Origin: a virus
Taxonomy: Duplodnaviria > Heunggongvirae > Uroviricota > Caudoviricetes
IMG/VR virus record: IMGVR_UViG_3300044655_003531
Location: 1 to 64,000 of that record
DNA: 64,000 bases
Reading direction: 5' to 3' (one strand)
In this document: piece after piece, positions 9,191-17,346 of the stretch
Numbering within the stretch: the first letter of the stretch is position 1
Layout of the letters: every line of letters begins with the position of its first letter
The notes under the pieces: generated by a model
The model's input: the letters and a program-made list of their open reading frames with translations, nothing else
What the model was told of the DNA's origin: nothing
Database searches by the model: none
Made by a program: the position numbers and the translations under genes

Positions 9191-9618
9191 TGGTTTTGTT
9201 TTACAATTTCAATTAACTTCCTAAGACAAGCAAGTTCTGCTTCTTCGTAAGTTTTTCTTTTGCCTGTTTCATCTATAATGTAATCCCAAGATATCACTAC
9301 TGGATATTCATCAACTGATTCAATGTATATTTCTTTGGGTATACCAATAACATAAGATGCTCTAAAAATCGTACCCCTAATATGGATATCATAACCACAC
9401 TTCTCTCTAAACCATCTAAAAGCTTGTGAGAATGTTGGTGCTGTAACTTTACCCTTTGGGTGGTTAGAGTTTTTATAAAATTGACTACAGGAATGAGTAT
9501 ATGTTGGTACTTTAGCATACTCGGTTTCCCAACTACCAAAACAAGGTTCATCAAATCCAAGTTCTTTAAGTACTAATGCTTCTTCGTAGGGTACAAATTC
9601 TTTTTCTAAGGTGTTCAT
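9187..9618 (-). CDS. divergent member of the MNT... paralog family (143 aa)
   Basis: MNTLEKEFVPYEEALVLKELGFDEPC start and ...RKLIEIVKQNQ end resemble the family termini. Central FRWFREKCGYDIHI resembles the MWLYEKHGIWI block. Confidence 0.45.
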   Translation of the reverse strand: MNTLEKEFVPYEEALVLKELGFDEPCFGSWETEYAKVPTYTHSCSQFYKNSNHPKGKVTAPTFSQAFRWFREKCGYDIHIRGTIFRASYVIGIPKEIYIESVDEYPVVISWDYIIDETGKRKTYEEAELACLRKLIEIVKQNQ

Positions 9619-9980
9619 AACAAGTTTTTTAAAGTGTATTCAATAGCTGCTTCGTAAGCTTCTGTTGGTGAATTAAATGGATTGATATTGAGTTGTACTA
9701 TTGAATTTGTTGATCTGGATTTTTGACTTTGGATTGTAAATTGAAATTTTGAAACATTACCTAAATGTGAATACAATCCTCCATTAATCCAAATCCCATG
9801 CTTCTCATACAACCACATCACTACTTCTACAATGGTTGGTGCTGGATAATTATTACCTCTATGATTTTCAGTCAATTCTCTTGTGTCTGGGAAATAAAAT
9901 TTTTGATTATCGCCAAAATCTAATTTATATCCCTTTTCTTTTAGCAACTTTGCTATCTCAAAACTTACTGGCGTGTTCAT
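9615..9980 (-). CDS. member of tandem paralog family (MNTPVSFEIAKLLKEKGY...PTEAYEAAIEYTLKNLL)
   Basis: Termini conserved. About 45 nt at the 5' end identical to 7050..7436. Confidence 0.6.
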   Translation of the reverse strand: MNTPVSFEIAKLLKEKGYKLDFGDNQKFYFPDTRELTENHRGNNYPAPTIVEVVMWLYEKHGIWINGGLYSHLGNVSKFQFTIQSQKSRSTNSIVQLNINPFNSPTEAYEAAIEYTLKNLL

Positions 9981-10204
9981 TTTATATTTGTTAATGGATA
10001 AGCGTTTAAAACGGCCTCTTCAACTTCATCATAAGTTGCAATATCAGTACTAGAACCTAAACAGGGTATACTTTCAAGAGAAGCTTTTAAAGCGGCTTCA
10101 ACATGAAGTTTGGCAAATTCAATCATTGCTGTTTTAACATCTTTATGATTGATAATACAACCTGTTACTTTAGTGTATGTTTCTTCTGCTGTTGGTATTT
10201 TCAT
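9977..10204 (-). CDS. hypothetical protein (75 aa)
   Basis: ORF in array. Start preceded by the TTTAACACCAAATAAAA element. Confidence 0.45.
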   Translation of the reverse strand: MKIPTAEETYTKVTGCIINHKDVKTAMIEFAKLHVEAALKASLESIPCLGSSTDIATYDEVEEAVLNAYPLTNIK

Positions 10205-10206
10205 TT

Positions 10207-10491
10207 TTATTTGGTGTTAAAGGTTTCGTTTTTTATTGTGTCTAAAACTGCTAAGACACCATCCAAGTAGATTATGTCTCTAAAAGATGATGAATTGGTT
10301 TTTGCTTCTTCAAATTTGTCAATTGCTTTTTGGATTTTAACATTCATCTCATTATTATGCATCTCTTTTGCTTGATTAAATAAGTCAACACGGGTAACAC
10401 CATATTGGCCAAGTGTTATTTCCTTGTTTTCAAATCGAATTAGCAGGTCCCAGACTTGGCGTTCATACCACTCTATACTACTTTGTTTCAT
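10207..10491 (-). CDS. hypothetical protein (94 aa)
   Basis: ORF. C-terminus ...ETFNTK is encoded by the repeated element. Confidence 0.45.
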   Translation of the reverse strand: MKQSSIEWYERQVWDLLIRFENKEITLGQYGVTRVDLFNQAKEMHNNEMNVKIQKAIDKFEEAKTNSSSFRDIIYLDGVLAVLDTIKNETFNTK

Positions 10492-10730
10492 TTACTGTCA
10501 ATTTTAAGATTTTCAATTTCGTGCTTTACTTGCATAAGATATGGGCTTAGTGTTAATTCGGCAATATCTTTTGCAATACCCATAGAGTGAAGTGCTGAAG
10601 CATATACCTCCATCATCTCATCAATTGCAATTAATGAACATTTTTTAGCATTATCTTCGGGATATGGTCCATCTGCGACCAGCTGATAATATTTGTAGTA
10701 AAGTTCTTCTGATTTTTCTTTAGGTGTCAT
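10488..10730 (-). CDS. hypothetical protein (80 aa)
   Basis: ORF in array. Confidence 0.45.
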   Translation of the reverse strand: MTPKEKSEELYYKYYQLVADGPYPEDNAKKCSLIAIDEMMEVYASALHSMGIAKDIAELTLSPYLMQVKHEIENLKIDSK

Positions 10731-10957
10731 TTCTCTTTGGTGTTAAATGGTTGATTTCTGATTTCAGACTCAAGTTTCATCATATCAATAAAACATTGTC
10801 TTAGATGTGAATACATTCGTCCAAGTTCAAACCCATATACAATATCGTCCCTTTCACCACTACATAAGTCTAGAACTAATTGGGCATTGAATTCAAACAT
10901 TTTCTTGAAGTGTTCAAGTTTTTCTATTTGTTCTTGAGTAATAAGATATTCTTTCAT
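10727..10957 (-). CDS. hypothetical protein (76 aa)
   Basis: ORF. C-terminus ...PFNTKEK encoded by the repeated element. Confidence 0.45.
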   Translation of the reverse strand: MKEYLITQEQIEKLEHFKKMFEFNAQLVLDLCSGERDDIVYGFELGRMYSHLRQCFIDMMKLESEIRNQPFNTKEK

Positions 10958-10982
10958 GTTTATTTGGTGTTAAAGGTTTGAT

Positions 10983-11174
10983 TTATCCCCATCCTATTAG
11001 TTTGCTAACTTCGCTGGGATTGGGGTGTTTATGCTTCTTTTCACGCATCACTTCGAGATAGTATTTTCCACATTCTCCCATAAACATAGGGTCTCCAGCT
11101 GAAGCAAATCTATATGTGCTAAGAAGTTGTTCATAGTTAGCAGAATCAATCCACTCTTTTTGTTCTTGTGTCAT
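10983..11174 (-). CDS. hypothetical protein (63 aa)
   Basis: ORF in array. Confidence 0.4.
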   Translation of the reverse strand: MTQEQKEWIDSANYEQLLSTYRFASAGDPMFMGECGKYYLEVMREKKHKHPNPSEVSKLIGWG

Positions 11175-11193
11175 TTCTATTTGGTGTTAAAAT

Positions 11194-11832
11194 TTAGTAA
11201 GCTTCAGCGTAGATTTCCATATTTCGAAAGTCTGAATAATAACCATCAGTCCAACTTACTCTACGATTGCCACATTGGCACCGGTGGTATTGTGGATTCC
11301 AACCATCACATTCATCTTCACAGTTCTGACCTGAAAAGCCAATGTAACCATCGCCGATTTCAACTTTACGTTTCTCAACTTCTTTTTGGAATGCAATATC
11401 GTTGGCGATTGAGATTGCAGTTTCTACCGAAAGACCATCACCAAAGGTTCGTCCATTGACCAAACAAAAGGCGATAGCTTCATTGACCAAATTAGATTTT
11501 TCAGCTTCTCGTTGTTTTAGGAGCTCTGCTTGTTTCTCTTTCTCTTCCTTTTCTTTCACCATTCTCTCACGCATTTCGTAAGTGGATTTGGTGTTGTAGT
11601 AGGAACGAGCCGCTGATTGCAGACGGTCATAAACCTCATTTGGAGTTTTCAACTTTTCCAACTTAGCTTTACTTAAACCAAAGGTACGGCCCGGAAATTC
11701 TTTATTAGCGTTCTTCAATAGTTCGTTGAATTGATTTAGATATTCCTTAGCTTTATCTTCATAAGCTTTAGACAATTCCAAATTTTCTTCTTTAGTTAGG
11801 GTTTCTTTAATTTGATAATACATAACTCTCAT
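11194..11832 (-). CDS. hypothetical protein with coiled-coil centre and C-terminal Cys-rich motif (212 aa)
   Basis: KEKEEKEKQAELLKQREAEK coiled coil. C-terminal CEDECDGW...HRCQCGN cysteine cluster. Confidence 0.5.
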   Translation of the reverse strand: MRVMYYQIKETLTKEENLELSKAYEDKAKEYLNQFNELLKNANKEFPGRTFGLSKAKLEKLKTPNEVYDRLQSAARSYYNTKSTYEMRERMVKEKEEKEKQAELLKQREAEKSNLVNEAIAFCLVNGRTFGDGLSVETAISIANDIAFQKEVEKRKVEIGDGYIGFSGQNCEDECDGWNPQYHRCQCGNRRVSWTDGYYSDFRNMEIYAEAY

Positions 11833-11882
11833 TTTTTAATTACAAAGTAAAGATAAGTTATTTTTTAATTCCACCCAAACTT

Positions 11883-12032
11883 TCTATATTAATTTTGTGT
11901 TAAATTTTTCTATTTTAATTGCTCTTCCACCACAGGATGTAATCATTTTATCACACCAAAATGGTAAAGTAACCCAATTGTAAATAAGATAATAAGTCCC
12001 ACCTTTCCATTTACGATACCATCTATACTGCA
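11883..12032 (-). CDS. possible small protein (49 aa) ending ...KFNTKLI
   Basis: Unlisted small ORF in a 200-nt gap. Its 3' end carries the same TTAACAC element as neighbouring genes. Could be a real micro-gene or a coincidence of the regulatory element. Confidence 0.25.
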
Positions 12033-12037
12033 TTAAT

Positions 12038-12271
12038 TCAAATTTCATTTGCTATACAATTAAAAGTTTCGTTGTAATATTGCTCGTAGGATTCCCATTT
12101 TTCTTTTTGAACTGCATCAATAGCGCTGTTCCAAGTTTCAGCGTGTTCCTCTTTGTGCATCTCATGGGACTGTACAAATATCCCAATTGTTTGCATGATT
12201 TGCTGGTGTGTTAATATGGTCTCTAATGCCTGTTGTAACCATAAAATACTACTTTGTTTGGTGTTGTTCAT
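12038..12271 (-). CDS. hypothetical protein (77 aa)
   Basis: ORF in array. Confidence 0.45.
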   Translation of the reverse strand: MNNTKQSSILWLQQALETILTHQQIMQTIGIFVQSHEMHKEEHAETWNSAIDAVQKEKWESYEQYYNETFNCIANEI

Positions 12272-12507
12272 TGTTGTTTTAATTTCATTTTATGCCCGAA
12301 ATAAATAAATTCCGTTATGTTATTATCGGGACTAAATATATTCACACCGTCAAATGGTGGTTGTAAATAATGATTAGCTAATTCGTTGAAAAAAATTTGT
12401 AACTCTTGGCTATCAAATTCAAATGTTAAATTTTCCGGAATATCAATTCCAGCCGACTTTAATTGATTGATGAATTTTATCAATGCACTTTCCGAATCAA
12501 CCCTCAT
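12268..12507 (-). CDS. hypothetical protein (79 aa)
   Basis: ORF in array. Confidence 0.45.
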   Translation of the reverse strand: MRVDSESALIKFINQLKSAGIDIPENLTFEFDSQELQIFFNELANHYLQPPFDGVNIFSPDNNITEFIYFGHKMKLKQQ

Positions 12508-12767
12508 TTGTTACCTCCTTGTATTTGATCACGCATCCATTTCGCTCCCTCAATAAAACTACCAAGGTTATCTCCTGCTGTATCATCATTGTTTGACCAT
12601 TTCATTGAGTTTTTATCAAATACCCAATTACTTGCATTGTGATATATCTCATCCTCATTTGGTAGTTCGATGGGTTTAAGTGTAACCATTAATAAATATG
12701 CTAGCTCAGGGTTAGCTTTTGCTTGAGCAATTGCAATACTCATTTGTTCTTCTGTGTATAGTTTCAT
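12504..12767 (-). CDS. hypothetical protein, probable start at internal Met (MKLYTEEQ...; about 87 aa)
   Basis: The ORF track extends to 12851. The internal ATG at 12765-12767 reproduces the conserved ATGAAACTATACAC start seen at 7788 and 8144. Confidence 0.45.
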   Translation of the reverse strand: MKLYTEEQMSIAIAQAKANPELAYLLMVTLKPIELPNEDEIYHNASNWVFDKNSMKWSNNDDTAGDNLGSFIEGAKWMRDQIQGGNK

Positions 12768-13110
12768 AGATTTTGTTTTATCTTTTGATCCCAAAAAAAT
12801 CTTAAACATCCCCAGTAAATAAGCACCAAACATTGCCACTTGGGTACCCATCCGGCCATGGGGGATTCAGTTTTCCACAAAAAATAGGTGTGGATGTTTT
12901 CAGAGTCATTCCAATGTCTCTCAGAGGGTGCAAATTCAATGAGAACAGTGGACCACCTTGCTCTAAAATAAAAATAGTGGTTTAAAAATTCTCCCTCTGC
13001 CTGGATAGGACACTGACCGGAGGGTTTGTAGAGCCATTTTATCATTTTTTTTGGATATGCCGGACGTAGTTAAGATTTCCAAATTATTCGCAGTACTTTG
13101 ACAAGATCTA

Positions 13111-13470
13111 TCAAATCTTTTTCCTCCGTGATAGACATATCTTCTCCTTCAAAAGGAAATCCGGATTTTTAGCAACGCACTCCCAGAATTCTTGCTCGGT
13201 CATCAGACGAGTGCAATTGTTGACTGGATCATCGACGTGGAGTGAATAGTCTACCTCTTCCATCCCTCCGGCCACGCGAACATACTCTTGATACAGGTTT
13301 TCGGAGGGTGTAACGGGCTCGTGGTCATTTAATAGATCTACTTCTAGACCTTCACTGAATAGATCTAGACCTTTATAATCAGGGTTGTTCTCGTGCATGT
13401 AGGTTATGCCTTTTACCCAGAGTAGGGTAATCACCACGGCAGCAATAAAAATTATCAGAAAAGGAGACAT
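13111..13470 (-). CDS. membrane-anchored hypothetical protein (119 aa)
   Basis: N-terminal hydrophobic helix FLIIFIAAVVITLLWV. Moderate-GC block. Confidence 0.45.
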   Translation of the reverse strand: MSPFLIIFIAAVVITLLWVKGITYMHENNPDYKGLDLFSEGLEVDLLNDHEPVTPSENLYQEYVRVAGGMEEVDYSLHVDDPVNNCTRLMTEQEFWECVAKNPDFLLKEKICLSRRKKI

Positions 13471-13489
13471 GAAAAAATGTTTTAATTTG

Positions 13490-13729
13490 TTATAAACTGT
13501 CAGGAGGGATAAATTTATTTTTCTTCAAATGTATTAAATAATTTTCAGATTCCTCCAAAGAACTTAAAGAAGTCAAGTAAATTTTTATATCATCTCTTAA
13601 AAGAGAACACCTGTACTCTTTTTCAAAATGAGTGCTGGTAGAATTGTGGTAGGTGTCGGTAAGAATTAGAATCTCTCCCATGACTCCATCTTCTAAATCA
13701 AGATATCTAACGTTTTCTTCTTTCTCCAC
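13490..13729 (-). CDS. hypothetical protein (79 aa)
   Basis: ORF. Confidence 0.4.
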   Translation of the reverse strand: MEKEENVRYLDLEDGVMGEILILTDTYHNSTSTHFEKEYRCSLLRDDIKIYLTSLSSLEESENYLIHLKKNKFIPPDSL

Positions 13730-13730
13730 T

Positions 13731-14015
13731 TTAGGAATTTAGAGCAATGTAGGTGGGTCCTTGACCAGGATAAGTTTGGGCCGGAGCATCTTCCACAACC
13801 TCGACTATTTTCCAATTTTTGTTCATCTCTTCTAAAAGTGATCTGTGAAATTTTTTCGTTTCCGGGGGTGAATCTAGATCTTCTAACAGAATAGAACACT
13901 TGGTGATTTCTGCAACCCTTATCTTCTTTAAATTAGAAGGAAATCCGGCAGCGTCTTTCAGATCCACCAATCTGCCGATAATGTAGATCTTGTTGAGATT
14001 GAACTGATTAGTCAT
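13731..14015 (-). CDS. hypothetical protein (94 aa), weak SSB/OB-fold-like N-terminus
   Basis: NKIYIIGRLVDLKD resembles the SSB start MNKVxLIGxLxxDPE. Weak. Confidence 0.35.
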   Translation of the reverse strand: MTNQFNLNKIYIIGRLVDLKDAAGFPSNLKKIRVAEITKCSILLEDLDSPPETKKFHRSLLEEMNKNWKIVEVVEDAPAQTYPGQGPTYIALNS

Positions 14016-14448
14016 TGAAAATAGGAATTAAATTAACTCTTTGTTCGTGTCTTCCCCCTTCGAAGGGAGTTTCTAAGAAGGTCTTTACTATTTTCCAGGC
14101 CTCGCTGGAGGAGATAAACCTGGCAGGTAGACATAAAATGTTGGCGTCGTTGTGGCTTCTGGCCAGTCTAGAAACTTCCTCGTTCCAACACAAAGCTGCT
14201 CTGGACCTATTCCACTTATTAGCAGCCATGGTCATTCCGTTGCCCGAACCACAAATTAGAATTCCAATGTTGTTATAAAGGGTTCCTGACAGTGAATGAG
14301 CGATGTTTGGATAGTCTACTGACTCTTCAGAATGGGTACCGAAATCTCTGACCGTGAATTCGTTTTCTTGAAGCTTGTCGATGATAAAACTTTTGAGCTC
14401 ATAGCCTGCATGATCCGAGCCAATGTAAATTGTTTTTTTATTTGTCAC
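14008..14448 (-). CDS. rpiB: ribose-5-phosphate isomerase B (RpiB/LacAB family)
   Basis: IYIGSDHAGYELK, ILICGSGNGMTMAANK, FEGGRHEQRVNLI are hallmark RpiB motifs. Confidence 0.8.
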   Translation of the reverse strand: MTNKKTIYIGSDHAGYELKSFIIDKLQENEFTVRDFGTHSEESVDYPNIAHSLSGTLYNNIGILICGSGNGMTMAANKWNRSRAALCWNEEVSRLARSHNDANILCLPARFISSSEAWKIVKTFLETPFEGGRHEQRVNLIPIFND

Positions 14449-14519
14449 GTGGGATTTATTTTTTATGAATTTGAATAAGGTATTTATCTTATAGGAGAAA
14501 TATTCTGATTATTTCTTAC

Positions 14520-14771
14520 TTAGTCCTCTGTCCTGCAATTTTTTCTGAATAAATGAACTAATTGGATCAATTCATCGTCAAATTCAATTCTTAAATGAGA
14601 AGAAAAAGTAGAAATAACAAACCAGGAATTGGAATCGTCTGTGAAAGGCAGGCCCTGCAAGGTAAAATCTGGAAAATTGAGCACATAGTGGGGACAGCAC
14701 GTTTCCCCGGTCTCGTCATCGATCATGTAATCTTTGTCAAATCCCAGGGAGATGAGGGTTGATTCTAGCAT
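14520..14771 (-). CDS. hypothetical protein (83 aa)
   Basis: ORF. Confidence 0.4.
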   Translation of the reverse strand: MLESTLISLGFDKDYMIDDETGETCCPHYVLNFPDFTLQGLPFTDDSNSWFVISTFSSHLRIEFDDELIQLVHLFRKNCRTED

Positions 14772-14773
14772 GT

Positions 14774-14986
14774 TTATTCGGGATTTAGGGCTTGTTTTTG
14801 ACCTTCGGAAATACCCATCTCGTAGGCTTTTTGGAGATCTGATAAAGTCTGTTCGTATAATTCCCTGTAAATAGACAGGATTTCATTTTTCTTGTCGTCC
14901 GGAATTTCTCGGAGGGCTTTGAAAATCAACTTCGTGATCGGGATTCCCGTCAGGGAAAGATCCTCTAGATAAACTAATTTTTTCAT
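14774..14986 (-). CDS. hypothetical protein (70 aa)
   Basis: ORF. Confidence 0.4.
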   Translation of the reverse strand: MKKLVYLEDLSLTGIPITKLIFKALREIPDDKKNEILSIYRELYEQTLSDLQKAYEMGISEGQKQALNPE

Positions 14987-15005
14987 TTTTTTTATTTTTT
15001 TAATA

Positions 15006-15539
15006 TTAATCCCACCAAGATTTCAACCCAGTGTTTGTATCCTTTAATATTTCAAATAGTTCATCCCATTCATCGTTTTCTATTTTAAGTGAACACTCAG
15101 ATACTTTAGAATTATGTTCACTCTCTTCTTTAGTTAGGTTATCTTTCAATGTAAATAATTCAGAATTATCGGTTAGTGGAACAAACTTAAATTCTCTATG
15201 AACTAATTTACCACACTCTTTTTCGGCCAATTCAATATAAGAATCATCTAAGTGATTAGACAAAATTTGGATAGCCCTTCGCATTTTGGTAATTTTTACA
15301 AGCCGTGTCTCATTAACCTCCGAACCTTTGGTTTCTATACCATTTGCCATATCACTAATTCCTATTTTCATAAAATGTAATAAACTATGATTATCCCACC
15401 ATTTAAACTCATATAGGGGTTTTCTGAACATCCAAATGTTCTTAAAGAAGTTGATACACATTTTAATAGGGTATATAAAATCGTTATAGTAATACTTAAC
15501 CATATAGCTGTTTAAATATTTGCATTCGTTCTTCCTCAC
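15006..15539 (-). CDS. hypothetical protein (177 aa)
   Basis: ORF. Confidence 0.45.
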   Translation of the reverse strand: MRKNECKYLNSYMVKYYYNDFIYPIKMCINFFKNIWMFRKPLYEFKWWDNHSLLHFMKIGISDMANGIETKGSEVNETRLVKITKMRRAIQILSNHLDDSYIELAEKECGKLVHREFKFVPLTDNSELFTLKDNLTKEESEHNSKVSECSLKIENDEWDELFEILKDTNTGLKSWWD

Positions 15540-15873
15540 TCATTGCTCGGGGTAACTCATAATCATCAGTTCGATTTTCTTCCAAGTATTGGTGTAGTTC
15601 TTCTACCGTTCGACATAATTCGTCCCCATCTTTATCTGTCATTTTCAAATCCATTCGTTCTCCCCATTCTTTTTCCCAACACCACCAATCAAATGTTTCT
15701 TTACCTTCTTTGCCATAGATTGAACCAATTAACATAGAGATAGCACTTTCTAATGGGTCAACAAAATTTATAAGGTCAACACCTGATTTATACGCTTTAT
15801 CTAAGCTTTCTTGTTGTTCTTTAAGTTTAGAAACAATTTCTTTGAACACTTCTAGTTTTATGCTGTAATCCAT
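15496..15873 (-). CDS. hypothetical protein (125 aa)
   Basis: ORF. Overlaps the previous one; the real start may be internal. Confidence 0.4.
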   Translation of the reverse strand: MDYSIKLEVFKEIVSKLKEQQESLDKAYKSGVDLINFVDPLESAISMLIGSIYGKEGKETFDWWCWEKEWGERMDLKMTDKDGDELCRTVEELHQYLEENRTDDYELPRAMSEEERMQIFKQLYG

Positions 15874-16163
15874 TCTGTTTTACTTTTAAGTTGGATACTT
15901 TCACTTCCATCATATTCATTGATAATAAAATCTTCTCCTTCATCTACCCACACTACGACTAAATCTTCAACCCCACCGATGTACGTGTCCATATAGGTAT
16001 TTCTAGCATACTCGTTTGCACCATCAAAATCTTCTGATCCAACCAACTCTACTAACTTTGGATCAAATATTGCCTCAATGGGCGCTCCCCAAGTGTAGAA
16101 CCCAGCTCCGTATCCACGGGAAATAAGAACTGCTACTTTACCATCTTTAATTAATTTATTCAT
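15858..16163 (-). CDS. hypothetical protein (101 aa)
   Basis: ORF. Confidence 0.4.
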   Translation of the reverse strand: MNKLIKDGKVAVLISRGYGAGFYTWGAPIEAIFDPKLVELVGSEDFDGANEYARNTYMDTYIGGVEDLVVVWVDEGEDFIINEYDGSESIQLKSKTEWITA

Positions 16164-16167
16164 AGTT

Positions 16168-16485
16168 TTACATATTTTTAATTTCTTTTTCTACCTCCAC
16201 CCAGAATGTTGTTTTGGGATGGTTTGCCCAATAACAGGTTTCCGATTCTTCGTCATCATCTTTCATAAACTGGAATATTTCACCAACAACAGCAAGAGCT
16301 GATTCTTTCCATTTTGGATTTGAATAGAAACTTTTGTATTCACCGGTTGTTACTTCATAAACTTTATTAGTTGAAAATCCAACCGACCCGACTATTTGAA
16401 GTGCCTTTTCTTTTGGTGTAATTGTGATTGGTTTGTATTTAGACATAGAATTTTTTTGAGTTAAAGAGCTTATTTTCAAGCTCAC
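16168..16485 (-). CDS. hypothetical protein (105 aa)
   Basis: ORF. Confidence 0.4.
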   Translation of the reverse strand: MSLKISSLTQKNSMSKYKPITITPKEKALQIVGSVGFSTNKVYEVTTGEYKSFYSNPKWKESALAVVGEIFQFMKDDDEESETCYWANHPKTTFWVEVEKEIKNM

Positions 16486-16865
16486 AGAACAATTTCGAAT
16501 CTTTCCTTCATTTGGAGGATTCTTTCGTCAGGTACTCCGTGGACATTCTTTCCCCCGTGTCTGTTTTCAACAATCAATGAAAAAACGGTGAATCCGTATT
16601 TTTCTGCAAGTTCATAATAGGCCGACATTTCCCATTTTCTGGTGAAAGTGTTGGACACGACTACCTTATCTTCTCCTCTACTCATAGCAGTTTCTGCAGT
16701 TTTTTTGCACCACTCGTGAGCTTCTTTGAGCAGAAGAGGATCAAATTTATATTCGTTGTCTTTCATGAAGAACATATCAGCCTCGACGTGAGAACCCCCG
16801 ATTGCTTTGGCTAGGGTGGATTTTCCAGCCCCTGGGCAGCCTCTTAATAAAAATAAAGATTTCAT
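16482..16865 (-). CDS. pnk: polynucleotide 5'-kinase, stand-alone homolog of the T4 Pnk kinase domain
   Basis: LLRGCPGAGKSTLA P-loop aligns with T4 Pnk ILTIGCPGSGKSTWA. ELAEKYGFTVFSLIV aligns with ETFAKEYGWKVEHKVF. VPDERILQMKERF aligns with VPIDVLRSMYKSM. Confidence 0.75.
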   Translation of the reverse strand: MKSLFLLRGCPGAGKSTLAKAIGGSHVEADMFFMKDNEYKFDPLLLKEAHEWCKKTAETAMSRGEDKVVVSNTFTRKWEMSAYYELAEKYGFTVFSLIVENRHGGKNVHGVPDERILQMKERFEIVL

Positions 16866-16883
16866 CCTTTTGTCGAATTTGTT

Positions 16884-17339
16884 TTAGAATGCTCCGTAGT
16901 TAACTTGAAAACAGGCAATACCTTGGTCCCTCCACATTTTTACTACTTTATCTCTATCATCATAAACGCACATTATTTCATTTCCCTCCGAGATAAATTT
17001 ATCCATCCATGCCTTCTTCAAGACCTCGTCCGGGGTGTAATCGTGATGTGATCTCATTTGGAGGAAATCAGGCACGATCCCTTGATCACCCAACCACTGC
17101 TCGGTTTCTTTTCTGGAAATCTCATCTCTCCCCGAGAAAATCCCTACCTTTAATCCTGCCTGCTTTAAAAACTGAAAAGTTCGGATAACTGGTAAATTGG
17201 GCTCATCCAATTGGATGTTCTCAGGAGCAAAAAATTCTTTCCAGTTCAATTTGCCAGTTGGCAGAGTAGCCTTGGATCTTCTTTTTTCGATCAGAGCCAG
17301 GGTTCCATCCAGATCGAAAATAACCGATAATTTTTTCAT
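16884..17339 (-). CDS. pnk: polynucleotide 3'-phosphatase, stand-alone homolog of the T4 Pnk HAD phosphatase domain
   Basis: VIFDLDGTLA matches T4 VIFDVDGTLA. GIFSGRDEISRKE matches VVVSGRESGTKE. YDDRDKVVKMWRDQGIACFQVNYGAF matches [26 protein letters not shown]. Encoded upstream of the kinase gene, so the domain order is permuted relative to T4. Confidence 0.85.
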   Translation of the reverse strand: MKKLSVIFDLDGTLALIEKRRSKATLPTGKLNWKEFFAPENIQLDEPNLPVIRTFQFLKQAGLKVGIFSGRDEISRKETEQWLGDQGIVPDFLQMRSHHDYTPDEVLKKAWMDKFISEGNEIMCVYDDRDKVVKMWRDQGIACFQVNYGAF

Positions 17340-17346
17340 GATTTTA

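Larger units (their letters stand above)
10205..11906 (-). promoter_or_regulatory. five copies of a TTTAACACCAAATA(A/G)AA element placed directly upstream of (or overlapping the stop/start of) consecutive small genes
   Basis: Plus-strand copies at about 10208-10223, 10736-10753, 10960-10977, 11176-11194 and 11892-11906 (the last divergent). Confidence 0.5.

Noticed and set aside
12764-13045. 93-aa ORF overlapping the end of the 12504.. gene
   Set aside because: Overlaps the neighbouring gene by 88 nt in another frame and spans the composition boundary. The neighbouring gene has a conserved internal start that removes the overlap. Probably not coding.
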